Assembly: GCA_951406725.2 (NCBI GenBank)
Contig: OX597828.1
Coordinates: 31,186,001 to 31,250,000, forward strand
Reading direction: 5' to 3'
Origin: Octopus vulgaris
Taxonomy: Eukaryota
Length of the DNA stretch: 64,000 bases
A model generated the notes under the pieces. That model was not told the origin of the DNA. It was given only the letters and a program-made list of their open reading frames with translations, and searched no databases. Numbering within the stretch: the first letter of the stretch is position 1; each line of letters begins with the position of its first letter. Shown one piece after another: positions 29,734-41,670 of this stretch. Made by a program: the position numbers and the translations under genes.

Positions 29734-30691
29734 TATGGCGTAGAAACTTTGAAGAAACGAATTATATGAAAATCAGAATTAACATTCGGAAATACGAAAA
29801 GGGTACAAGGAAAAAATATGTAATCTAAAGAAATAAGCATTTATAAAACTGTATCAAGATACGACAACAATATACAAATAAACGAAAGCATGAAGGTACA
29901 AATTTCATTAAAACTCAATATACAGCTTGTAAATATGCTGTGAATTTAAAAGTAATAAAACTGATACATATATTATAGAAAATGTTTTATTAGAAGTTAT
30001 AATACAAAAGTTTATTGTTCGCAGAGTGGAAAATAAATGAAAGGCAATGCGAAAGCCAGGATGAGTGTCGAATGGAACGAATTAGATAAAATGGAGACCA
30101 AAAATTTACTAATAAAACAATAAATAAATAATTTTTTAAAACAGCCAATGAAATTACTGGGATAGGAATACTAGCCAATCCATTCTTTTTTCTTTTGTTT
30201 TGTTTTTTTGTGCATTGTAGAAAAAAATATTCTCCGCAACATTTTGGCGATCAAAATTTAATACTTCGTGAACACTTGTAACTAAAATTTATAAACTTGG
30301 TGTTTAAGGAAGCCATAGAACGATAGAGTTCTTTAGAGCAGGTTTACTCTCATTGTTCCCGAGCGCACATATTCTCGCACAATTTACATAAGGACCGTGA
30401 CACTACAACAATATCAGTTAATATTATTGACTACATAGATCATGGTTAATCCTGAGTCGAATGTTGAGAATATGACTTTCAAAGTAGGGTTGTTGTTACA
30501 GTCTCCATTTAATTATCATTATGACGCGCAAATATAATGATTCTCATTGGTATTATACATGATTTCTTGCCGGCGTCCTGTAATTTGTTTCAAAAGTTGG
30601 ATGTAAAAAGCGTCGCTAAATAGGCAAAGACCCTATTTGAAATATTGGTATTCCGTATTTCGTCCCTGATGTAATGCATACACACACGTAT

Positions 30692-30735
<44 letters not shown>

Positions 30736-30752
30736 ACATACATATATATGTA

Positions 30753-30818
<66 letters not shown>

Positions 30819-30949
30819 AAAATAGTAAAGTGTGAAAAAACGACAGAAGGCTTAAATGTTAAAAAATATATATATTTGTGTCAAAATGTCTGGAGAATAT
30901 TGGAAAAATTTTTTCCTTTCCTTAAAATGACATAATTTTAAAATTTTTA

Positions 30950-30989
30950 AAGAAAGTACCGGTTTCGCGTGTAGCTTTTCAAATTTCTT
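30950..30989 (-). ncRNA. Minimal hammerhead variant with UUGAAAA (U3-A8) core in the PLE 3' UTR
   Basis: aagaaau UUGAAAA gc-uacac-gc GAAA ccgg UA cuuucuu. Confidence 0.55.
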
Positions 30990-31125
30990 GTGACGTTATG
31001 TTTATATTGCATGGAGTTATCGTTGTGTTTATTTTCAGGAGATTTCTAAATAAGGGGAGGTATTGAGTGATTTCTTCCGGTGTAAGGGAGATAATCGCTT
31101 AAAATTTTTTTTCCCCTTTCCCTTG

Positions 31126-32058
31126 TTAATTTCTCTGTGTCAGTATGTTCGGATGGTTGAGTCTGGGTTTGTACTTTTCAATGAAGAATGTTTCCTTGTT
31201 CAGTCTCATTTGTGTTGATGATCCGAAAGCACATTGGTAAAATGGGAAGATTAAAAATTGTGGCAGTAGTTGCTTTGCGCATTTCTCAATGTGCTCACTA
31301 AAAGGTATCATTCTATATTCTGGGAATGCAATCTGTTGTCGATGCAGTGTGCATCTACGCCTGAGTGATAGTCCCGTGGAACCCACGTAGTCTTGGTGGC
31401 AGCCCGAGCATTTAATAACATAAATTATGTTTTCAGAGGCACAAGTAAAGTTAGATTTGATCTTGAATTTCTGTCCCTCTTTAAAGAAGAATTCTGATCC
31501 TTCCAATAGGTTAGGACATGTTGCACAGTTCGATCTACCACATTTTTTTACTTTTGCATCCGTAATTTTAGAAGACAATTTTGCCTTTGTAAGAATCTTT
31601 TTAAGTGATTTAGGCTGTTTGTAGCTTTTAATGATTTGGTGTATGTTTAGAATTTCCTTTAATTTTGGGTTTTTATGAAGTATTGGTAAATTCTGGGTGA
31701 TGATGGTGAAGGCTTCTTTGTTTCTGGGGTTGTATGTAGATATGTAAGGTAGTATTTTCGGGGAAGGTGTGTTGTTGTGTTGAACTTTTCTTAAAGTTTC
31801 TATGTTGATTTCTGTTGCACGTCTGATCCCATCCTCTATGAGTTGAGCTGGGTAATGTCTGTCAATTAGGGTGTTTTTGAGTTCTTGCAGTCTAAAGTTC
31901 CTGGTATTTTGTTCTGATACTATTGTGCATATCCTTCTTGCAAGGTTGAAGGGGATGTTTGTTTTAGTGTGTCTTGGGTGGCATGAATTAAAAAGAAGGT
32001 ATTGTTTGGCGTCTGTGGCTTTGTAAATAATGTCTGTTTCTATTTTAAGGTTATTTTT
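31126..32058 (-). CDS. PLE RT C-terminus + GIY-YIG endonuclease (partial ORF, no start)
   Basis: About 310 codons without a stop (hand-translated 32058-31561, ORF track for the rest); extends the track ORF 31126..31578. Confidence 0.85.
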   Translation of the reverse strand, partial: KNNLKIETDIIYKATDAKQYLLFNSCHPRHTKTNIPFNLARRICTIVSEQNTRNFRLQELKNTLIDRHYPAQLIEDGIRRATEINIETLRKVQHNNTPSPKILPYISTYNPRNKEAFTIITQNLPILHKNPKLKEILNIHQIIKSYKQPKSLKKILTKAKLSSKITDAKVKKCGRSNCATCPNLLEGSEFFFKEGQKFKIKSNFTCASENIIYVIKCSGCHQDYVGSTGLSLRRRCTLHRQQIAFPEYRMIPFSEHIEKCAKQLLPQFLIFPFYQCAFGSSTQMRLNKETFFIEKYKPRLNHPNILTQRN

Positions 32059-32344
32059 TTAAATTAGTATATCCCTCTCTCAATACATAAAAGAGAATTG
32101 GAAACGATTCCTAGACGATTGTTTCATTCTCTGGAATGAAAACATAGATAAACTCCTAAAATTTAAAAACCTATTGAACAGCATAAACCCAAATATACAG
32201 TTCACAATGGAATACAACCAAAAGGAGCTCCCGTTCTTGGATATACTAATTAAAAAAATTAACATTTAAGCCTTCTGTCGTTTTTTCACACTTTACTATT
32301 TTCTTATATATTCACCCACGTGCTCTACCAAACAAACTTTCTTA

Positions 32345-32414
<70 letters not shown>

Positions 32415-32606
32415 CATACATATATATATATACAGAGTTCTGAAAAAGCGGAGAAAGGACAAGAAAAAAAAACCGAGGACCTGACACATGCAGTATATAA
32501 ATAAGACACTCCGAGAAGGAAAGAAAGGGTGTTTTACGTTTCCAGCTAAGCTCTTCAGAAACAGAAGACACGGGAAAGTCCAAGAAAATAGGAAAACGGA
32601 GGAAAA

Positions 32607-32653
<47 letters not shown>

Positions 32654-32662
32654 AATGATAAT

Positions 32663-33230
32663 AACGGGTAAAATTAATTAATTAATTAATAATTAATAAT
32701 TTCACCATGTAGTATTCGGCATGTTAAAAGGACCATTTTCGGTAAACTTAATCAATATTTTTTTATAATTATGAGTATAATTACAGTTAGGGTTCAGCAA
32801 AAACATTTGCTTCACCTCATAAAGAACTTTAGAAATTGCAGCCAAAGAACCTAGCTCTTTCTTCTACTATAGGAAGAAACTCCCTGACAATATATACTCA
32901 AAACAATTCACAGAGGAAAAACAACGAAATTCACTCGGCTTTTGGTTAACTGTGGATGCGTTTTGGAGTTAGAGAGATATGAAAAATGCAAAAATCACGT
33001 TTCCATTCGATCATTTTCCTCTTCAGCACATTATTTCAAGCTTTTAAATTTGTGAGCACTGAACAAATGAAACATACCTATCCGATTCAAGTAACATCAG
33101 ACAAACTATATCCAATGACCAGGACCAACGAATTCAAAACATAAGAATGAGGTCTCGTATTCTCACTCACCTATGTGAATTGTTTTGTGTATATATTGTC
33201 TGTGAGTTTCTTCTTATATATATTGTTTAA
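32663..33230. mobile_element. Interspersed repeat in (TA)n with internal inverted arms (~32866-32916 / ~33171-33219), probably PLE-derived
   Basis: gaagaaactccctgacaatatatactcaaaacaattcaca mirrored by tgtgaattgttttgtgtatatattgtctgtgagtttcttc. Confidence 0.55.
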
Positions 33231-33241
33231 ATATATATATA

Positions 33242-33634
33242 TATATAATATAATTCGAGACAAAACCACTATTTTAAAACCAAACAAGGAAAGACTTAAT
33301 CAATACATAAAATTTTAATATAAATTAAATAAACCGCCACTACAAATGTTTCATGTCTGCTCCGACAATCTTCAGGTGGATTTTCGATCTTCTAATCAGT
33401 ATTTGATACTGATTAGAAAAATCCACCTGAAGATTGTCGGAGCAGACATGAAACATTTGTAGTGGCGGTTTATTTAATTTATATTAAAATTTTCTGTATT
33501 GATTAAGTCTTTCCTTGTTTGGATTTAAAATAGTGGTTTTGTCTCGAATTATATTATATAATATTTTACTATAAAATTGGATTTAACCCTAAATCTGATT
33601 TTTCCCTGTAATTTTGGATTCATTCCCTAATATT

Positions 33635-33640
<6 letters not shown>
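33242..33640. mobile_element. Fold-back PLE-terminus element with two identical hammerheads (33337-33379 -, 33423-33465 +)
   Basis: ccac CUGAAGA uuguc-ggagca-gacau GAAA c-auuu-g UA gugg on both arms; flanked by (TA)n; homologous to 3797-4210 in the opposite orientation. Confidence 0.9.
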
Positions 33641-33694
<54 letters not shown>

Positions 33695-33697
<3 letters not shown>

Positions 33698-34291
33698 ACT
33701 TAGAAACAGGGGCAAAAGAAAAAATTCTAATGCCAAATATGCCGAAAATAAACAAATTGTCAATAACCATATAATTTATTACTACAAACACGCATCTCGA
33801 ATTAAACCGACAGAAATTTCTAACGAATTCCGATATTACCATATCGGTCCTAATTTCAGGGGTTAATTCATAAGAATTTTCTCCTCGTCAGCGATAAATA
33901 CGTAAGACATAAATGGAAGAAGCAACCACCAAGTCATGAGCAGACCTAAGTACTCCAAATATATCCAAGATAGAAAATCTTCAGCACAACTCGAGACATG
34001 TGCGATTCGAACTGAAACCTCTCACTGAGTGAGAGAATGCGGAAGTGAATATTATTAAATTTACATCTAATATAGGATAAATATTTTAGAATAAAAATTT
34101 ATCAATGGCCAGCATATTAAAAAATACCTTTAAATCTTAAATTTATTAACAACTTATGAACAAGGGCAAAAGAAAAAAATTCTAATTCCAAATATGAGGA
34201 AAATGACCATATAATATATCACTCCAAACACGCGTCTCGAAGTAAGCCGATAGAAATTTCTAAAAAAATCCGTTATTGGGACCGATACGGT

Positions 34292-34297
<6 letters not shown>
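33695..34297 (-). mobile_element. Partial tandem PLE termini with degenerate hammerhead (33842-33896)
   Basis: Direct repeat 33695-33835 / 34150-34275; uaucg CUGACGA ...GAAA uuagg AC cgaua. Confidence 0.6.
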
Positions 34298-34338
<41 letters not shown>

Positions 34339-34569
34339 ATCTACTGCTCGGTTGTGCATATTCCAATTCACTTCTCAGATCCGGCACCGTATTCTATGCA
34401 AGTCTAACCGAAGAGTGCTACTGAATATTCAAGTAGCTCTCATATAATTTTGGTAATTATATACACCCTCACACACCTACACAGCTACTCACCCACACAC
34501 ATATATGTTTTTGTGTGAGTGTTTGTATATATGTCTGTGTGTGTGAGTATATGTGTATCAATATCATAT

Positions 34570-34910
34570 GGGAACCACTTGGAGATTAAGTTAGAGATTT
34601 GGTTAGACCGGCACTGCTTGAAAAGTCCGAGCTGTCTCATCTAAGCCGAGGAACATGTACTGCAATAGCTCGGGATTCAAAGGCCCGCAGCTATTCAACG
34701 CCTTGCCAAAGCATATGAGGGATCTCCATAGGGTTGAGTAGATGTTTTGAAGAAACAACTTGGCCTCTTGCTGTCCAAGATCTCAGAGGAACCACTATCA
34801 GGCAGGCAGCTGAAAAGAGGGCAGCGGTATCCAAATCCCTTCTTCACCATAGAATTAGCCAATTAAAATGTTGATAGCACTGGCAGTGTAATCTCGCGGC
34901 TGAAACATAA
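34570..34910 (+). mobile_element. CR1/L2-like LINE 3' fragment
   Basis: NSSGFKGPQLFNALPKHMRDLH; similar to 60300-60615. Confidence 0.7.
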
Positions 34911-34929
34911 AAAAAAATTACAAGAGTAC

Positions 34930-35240
34930 ATAGGTGCATGTGTGGCTCTGTGGTAAGTATTTAGCTTCCGATCCAACTGAATCCTAATTCCGTGGTACCT
35001 TGGGAAGGTGACTTCTACTATAGCTCCGGCCCAACCAAAGCCTAGTGAGTGGATTTGATAGATGGAAACTAAGAGAGGCCCGTTGTATACATGGGCGTGT
35101 ATGCGTGTGTATGTGTGTGTATGCGTGTGTCTCAGTTAGTAGTCCTTCCGTTGCTTGGCAACCGATGCTTGTGTTTACGTCCCCGTAACTTAGCGGTTCG
35201 GGAAAGTGGGGGGATAGAATAAGTAATCTGCTTAAAATAC
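34930..35240 (+). mobile_element. SINE family A (diverged)
   Basis: Reverse-complement homologue of 10787-11163. Confidence 0.7.
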
Positions 35241-35514
35241 ATAAAAAATAATATATAAGTGTGTACACACACACATACACACACACACACATGGCGACTG
35301 AAGAAGGGTTTTTTTCCTTGTGTTTATCCTGTACTCTATTTTTTGTTGTTTAAGAAAAATGTCCAGTTCCTTGGGTTTATGTCTATGTTTTCATTTCTCA
35401 TTGTGTTCGACTTTTTTTTTTTTGGTGTCCTGTACTCATAGATGCTTGTATATATACATATAGAGGTAGGTATGTACATATATGTATATATATATGCATA
35501 TGTTTTATTTATTA

Positions 35515-35583
<69 letters not shown>

Positions 35584-38290
35584 GTGTTGAAAAGTTGATT
35601 AAGATCCGCAGTGTAGCTTGGGATAAGTATAAGAAATTCAGGGGTTAGACGGGAGCTAATCTAAGTTTCCAACTGGGACGTTGCACCTTAGGATAATAAA
35701 GTGGTACTGATTACTACGCAATCAGAAATTGGAACCTGAAATAGCTCCCATATAAATACTGTGTGCATTGATCTACGTGTCTGTATGTGTGTGTGTGTGT
35801 GTGTGTGTGTGCATGTACTCTCGCCCAAGGGGAGCTTTTCTTTTTTATGCTTTTTTATTGTTAGAGATATACTATACTTATCTTTTGTAGTTCTGTTTCA
35901 TATTTATTCCTTTTTAACAATTATAAACAAAGAATCATAACGGCAAATCAAACCGGCGTTAGCTACGATTGTCTGAAAGCACGTCTATATTTTTTCAAAT
36001 TCTATTAGATTTGCGGAATTATATTGAGAAGTTGTTTCTAGAATAAAAGATAAACTATATTTTATATCAGATGTTTCAGTGCACAGATTATTGTCATACA
36101 ATTCACAACAAACGGACTTCATTTTTGTTTTGATTTTAATGTTTGTAGTATTTTTCACATTAAAGATATTATACACGAATCTATTATAGGCTGATGTTAT
36201 TTTTATAAATTTCGGCGTTTGAAGTATTATTTTTCATGAGTCTGGCCAGTTATCGAACTAATTGTTTCGTTAGACGATAATTATGAATATTCTTCACTGA
36301 ATCAGACAAACGATTTTCACTAGGATTGCATTTTTATTTCGGTATTTTGTTTCTTTTTTCATATAATGTCTGTTAATGCCGATTGTCATGTCTTTTCTCT
36401 CTGACAATACATTTAGATTCAATTTGATAATTAGATTACGAAATTGCCTATCGAAGAAATTTTAAATTTAAATTTCCAAAATACACTTTGATATAGATTA
36501 TTTATTTATAGAATATCTCACAGTGATATTTTGTTAAATATATTATTTTAAACACGAACACATGGCGTATGTATGAACAATTTCTTAAATATAATTGCTT
36601 TATTATTGTATAATTACCGAATGTACTAATTAAATTTTCTATACTGATGGAGATATAATTTACATTTATATCCCCTAGAATCATATGAATATTGTATATA
36701 ATGATATTTGCAAATAAGGACAATAGAATGAACGGCAGCATCATTGTTTTAATCTTCTCGTCATTGCGTGTCTGGAGAATGTAGCAGTGGTTGTAGCCTT
36801 TTCAAACACTCTAAAACAGCTGATACATATTCCATCAGGAATTATCCAGAATGAATCCAAGTAAACTCATGTAACATTCAAAGATAAGAAAGTGATACCA
36901 CTAGGATCATCATCTCACGGAAGAGCTAAGCGTAGTGGTCAATGTGTGATCTAAGGTGTTAGAACCTACATAGATGGTGGGTTTAGAATGTGGGTATTGT
37001 TAGACTTGACACGACTCTGTTATCTCTGGGATGACGTTCTTATCGAAAATTCGGAAAGGCATATCGGGGAAACTGTACACTTAAAAGCCAGAGGCGTGTG
37101 GGAGAGTATTTTCTGACTCTGTCTTATATATATCTGTTTTTTTAATTTGTATTTGGTCAAGTGGTATGTGTTTAATAAACCTATGAAAAATATTTCCATG
37201 TGTGATTATCTGAAAATTGTTGAAGGTCATTCGTTTTGGCAGGATGAAGTGTCTTCCGGTGTAAAATGAAAAACCAGGTTTTAGTGTGCAATTCTAGAAC
37301 TTTTATTAATATATTGTTACCATGTGAATTCATCGATGAAAATAAAGCAAAAATATTTCATGTGATCAAATTTGTTACAAAATGCCTGTTTCTGACGTTT
37401 AAGTGTGATGGAGAGCGTTCATGATGAAAGTAGAACTTTGCTTTCTCTGAAAATGCTGAGATTAAAATGATCCTTTGGAAAATGTACACGTGGTCACTGT
37501 TCCAATAATCCGCATGTCAGTTGCATTTGGTGTCTAGATTACGGTGTAATGTATCCAGAATAAAGAGTGTAAAAGTGAGCATTTTGAAGTGTCTGTAATC
37601 CTGATCGCTCACATCCACCAGGAATACAATAAGAAATACAGTAAGTATTCCGACAATGCACGGCATGGCAGTGCTTTATGTCAGCAATTAAATCTCCTTG
37701 AGATTCGGGGCAAATGAAGGTTACAGTCACAATTAGAGAGCAAGAAATTAGTGAAAAATGATGACCTTCAGCCTAGGCGTAACGTTCGTACAATCTTATC
37801 ATAATGAAGTTCGTATGAATCTTAACGCTCATGCAGCGCTACGAGCATTTTCGTTTCGCAAGTTTTGATTCTTGCATATAACATTTATAATCTAAACGAA
37901 AAAGATCAATTTCAAGCATGGCAGAGCAAGACACAAAGAGAAGTAAATGATATACTCACCAGAACAAAATGCATAATACGAGTGCGTAACATACAAACCC
38001 GCGGAATCAATATCCTCAGGAATGAAAGCAAATGATGTGCTTAAAACAAACCAGGAAAGATTGCGTGACGAGGCCTATGAAATTTCGGTGCCTATTTTCT
38101 GAGTTAATAGGATGCAAGAATGATACAAAAATGGTTCGCATTGGCTTGCTGGGCTTTTGAATGGTAGTGGAAAGAAAACTACTGGTAACAAATTATGTAT
38201 ATACATGTTGATTGCATAAAGATATGGTAAGTCTGTGTTCGAAGCTAATGTAAATAAAAAATAATACACTGAAGATCAATACCAAACACA

Positions 38291-38333
<43 letters not shown>

Positions 38334-38336
<3 letters not shown>

Positions 38337-39165
38337 TGTTTAAAGAAATAAAGAAAAGGAGTTGAACGAAGATGTTAATAAAATTCTTTTATTTTTGACA
38401 TATGTTTCGAAGACAACATATGTCGAAAATAAAAGAATTAGATTAGCCAGAGGGCTAATCTAATTTTAGACTTAAGGACGGGGGTTACTCTGTCACTAAT
38501 ACTTTTACTTATAATGCCTATATCGGATTTAGAAGGACAAATCAATCTAACAGAGGGGTCGATAGGAAAGTTAGGTTTATGGTTCTTAAGCAAAGTTCGG
38601 GGTTCTAGGGGGACGTAGGGTTCTGTTCTATCATCAATGACTAGACCTTTGACGATTTGTAGCCCTGTGTTGTTGATTATCTTTAATACGTCATTACTAG
38701 CATCTATATTTGCTGCGTAATTCCTTCCTAATAGTAGATTTAAATAGATCAATATCAACAATGTAAACATCACTTGTTTTGTCCGCTGGTACAAGAATCT
38801 CCGGAGCTTTCTTGAAGTCGAAAATTAATTTTCTGATTTTCTGCTGATGTATATCACACCGTCTTGGGTACTTCCTGAACTTCACGTTATTCACTATAGT
38901 ATATATTTCTTCTTCACATCTTGTTAGATGTTGTTTTGTCGGTGGGTTCATTCTAGATTTGAATTATTTTTTAGTAGGTCACCATGTTCAGGTTTGTCGT
39001 TAGGTATTCGCTCCTTATCGAAAAAGAAAGCTTTCCACCGCATTCTATGGACAAATTGGTTCATTTTCTCCAAGAGATCCCGTATATAATCTTTCCTAGT
39101 GGGTATAGGTATGTACTTTAGCGAAGCATCCAGTGTTATTTTATCCATCATCTTGGTACGCTACC
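38334..39165 (-). mobile_element. Naiad-like PLE: frameshifted N-terminal ORF joined to a terminal hairpin (38381-38438)
   Basis: SLKYIPIP...RMRWKAFFF; ILVPADKT; LKNHKPNF...VRLICPSKSDIGIISK. The hairpin contains GAAA cauaug UC. Confidence 0.8.
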
Positions 39166-39217
39166 GTAAAGCACACACACACACACACAAACACACACAT
39201 ACACAAACACACACCCA

Positions 39218-39316
<99 letters not shown>

Positions 39317-39319
39317 TTC

Positions 39320-39727
39320 AGAAAAAATAGAGTGGAAAAATACAGAAGACATGTTATATGGTAAAGAATATATTTAAATCGTCATGTTAGAAAAACTTTA
39401 TAAAATTGTATGTGTAGTGACATTGTCTTTGAAGAAATAACCGGTTCCGTATTTTCTTTTCAAATGTCTCAATTTTCGTTATTGTATCATTCATAACAAA
39501 GATATGACACAATATCAGTAAAGAAATTTGAGAAATTTGAAAAGAAAATACGAAACTGGTTATTTCTTCCAAAATAATGTCACTACATACAATTTTATAA
39601 AGTTTTTCTAACATGACGATTTAAATATATTCTTTTACCATATAACACATGTCTTGTGTATTTTTTCCATTCTATTTTTCTTTTAAACATCCAGCCACGT
39701 GCTTTCACACATCAAATCTCTCACCCA
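39320..39727. mobile_element. Fold-back PLE-terminus element with U3-A8 hammerhead (39530-39568 +; mirror 39432-39470 -)
   Basis: Arms ~39320-39475 and ~39525-39681; agaaau UUGAAAA g-aaaaua-c GAAA cugg UU auuucu. The tail shares ccacgtgct with the 30816-32345 PLE end. Confidence 0.75.
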
Positions 39728-39729
39728 TG

Positions 39730-39824
<95 letters not shown>

Positions 39825-39825
39825 A

Positions 39826-40036
39826 AACGTTAGCGCGCCGGACGAAATGCGTAGCGGTATTTCGTCTGTCGTTACGTTCTGAGTTCAAATTCCGCCGGGG
39901 TCGACTTTGCCTTCCATCCTCTCGGGGTCGATAAATAAAGTACCAGTTTCGCACTGGGGCCGGTGTAATCGACTTAATCTCTTTGAATGTCCTTGTTTGT
40001 CCCCTCTATGTTTAGCTCCTTGTGGGCAATAAAGAA

Positions 40037-40038
<2 letters not shown>
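39826..40038 (+). mobile_element. tRNA-derived SINE family B
   Basis: aacgttagcgcgccgg...gagttcaaattccgcc...gtcgactttgcc. Copies at 45276-45495, 46665-46820 and 27025-27225; degenerate minus copies at ~20020-20200, ~47207-47395 and ~51700-51890. Confidence 0.85.
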
Positions 40039-40105
<67 letters not shown>

Positions 40106-40106
<1 letters not shown>

Positions 40107-40229
40107 TTTATTTTAAGCAGCAGAAAATTCAACAAAATCTGCTGCTTAAAATAAAGCATATTACTCTACCACTGGTATTTGAGTACTCTTTTTTCCACCT
40201 TGTTTCACATTTATGTGTTTACTCCGGTC

Positions 40230-40230
<1 letters not shown>
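40106..40230. mobile_element. Short fold-back copy of the 15319 family
   Basis: ctttattttaagcagcaga...tctgctgcttaaaataaag, plus a tail that is the reverse-complement homologue of 15319-15400. Confidence 0.8.
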
Positions 40231-40261
<31 letters not shown>

Positions 40262-40407
40262 GGTCCCGGGTTGAGTCGGGGTTAACCACAGTAAATAAGG
40301 TACTCAATACATGGCAGAGTAAATTAATTTATTTTATAGAAGGAACTTCTACAGGACTAGAACCCTGTAGTTCTAGTCCTGTAGAAGCTCCTTCTATAAA
40401 ATAAATA
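40262..40407. mobile_element. Short fold-back element in (TA)n
   Basis: Hairpin 40327-40407: atttattttatagaagga.cttctacaggactagaac / gttctagtcctgtagaag.tccttctataaaataaat. Confidence 0.75.
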
Positions 40408-41192
40408 TATATATATATGTATATATATAGATAGATAGATAGATAGATAGAAAGATAGATAGATATACATACACACACACGCACACAAACAGACACACAC
40501 AAATATAATATAAGTCGAGTAGTGTGTTAAAACGTTGAGTAGAGTACCGGCATAGTTTAGGCTACTTGATGCCATTCGCCGCTGTGATACACTTCCGTTT
40601 GGTCTTCTTCAGGATCTCCGCTGTGGCAGTCAGGTTAAGAATATTAATTAACAGAAAATGGATTAAGTATTAAAATTTTATTTGGGTGCAACATCAGTCT
40701 AAGTCTCATGAGGTACATCGATAAAGATATGTCTCTCTAATAATTTTTAGTTTCAGCTGGCTTGTGGTTATATACCATCAATTGAGGGAATGAATAAAAG
40801 CAAATAATATTGCAGAAATGCAAAAAAATTCGCATATGAACGAGGATATCTTGCGTTCCACTTTAGACAAAATGACATCAGCTTTCGCTGTCATAAGTGC
40901 TTAGAGGAAAATGAAAGTAGACGGTGAAAAGAAGATTAATACTTAGCCGAGTAGTCTTAAGTTCATTCATATTCATACCGACAGAGAGAGGTGTAAACAC
41001 AGATATATATATGTATATATATATATGTATGTGTGTGTATGTGGGTGGGTGTGTGTGCGTGTGTAAGTGTGTGTATGTGTGTGTATGTATGTATATATAT
41101 AGGGATAGATAGATACGCATACATAAACCCTTAGACACACGCACGTAGACAGACTCACACACACTCACATATACACATACACGCACACACAT

Positions 41193-41239
<47 letters not shown>

Positions 41240-41367
41240 CACACATACATATATACGTATATACATATGCATAGCTGCATTATACATGTTATTCGCATAC
41301 GGATCTTCTTTAGTATATATTTCATCGTTACAGTTCATGAGGCTTTTACCTCAGGGGAATTAATACG

Positions 41368-41452
<85 letters not shown>

Positions 41453-41502
41453 CATACATACATAAATACATACATACACACATACATACATACATACATA
41501 CA

Positions 41503-41534
<32 letters not shown>

Positions 41535-41591
41535 GATAGATAAATGGATGGATGGATAGATAGACAAACAGACAGACAGACAGATAGATAA

Positions 41592-41670
<79 letters not shown>

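Larger units (their letters stand above)
30816..32345 (-). mobile_element. Young Neptune-type PLE, 5'-truncated, with inverted RT segment and inverted terminus
   Basis: Open frame 32058-31126: RT C-terminus (YKATDAKQYL..SCHP), Cys linker (CGRSNCATC) and GIY-YIG (IIYVIKCSGCHQDYVGST...R). Plus-strand 32076-32257 encodes WKRFLDDCF...LPFLDILI. 30816-30862 is mirrored at 32260-32307. Flanked by (TA)n. Confidence 0.95.

Noticed and set aside
32990-33032. CUGAAGA...GAAAcg hammerhead-like motif on the minus strand
   Set aside because: No convincing helix I or helix II, and no valid UH cleavage site.
33242-33640. Ribozymes on both strands read as an integrated viroid-like ambisense RNA
   Set aside because: The two ribozymes are mirror copies of one sequence, which an inverted PLE terminus explains. 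Viroid-like RNAs have distinct ribozymes in each polarity.
36000-37400. Possible C-terminal tail of pseudogene A
   Set aside because: It looks coding-like but has no recognisable motif, so I left it out of the feature boundary.
37490-37525. DMRIIGTVT resembles an SLC12/NKCC motif
   Set aside because: An isolated short match; the surrounding motifs fit a class-B-like 7TM in the correct order.
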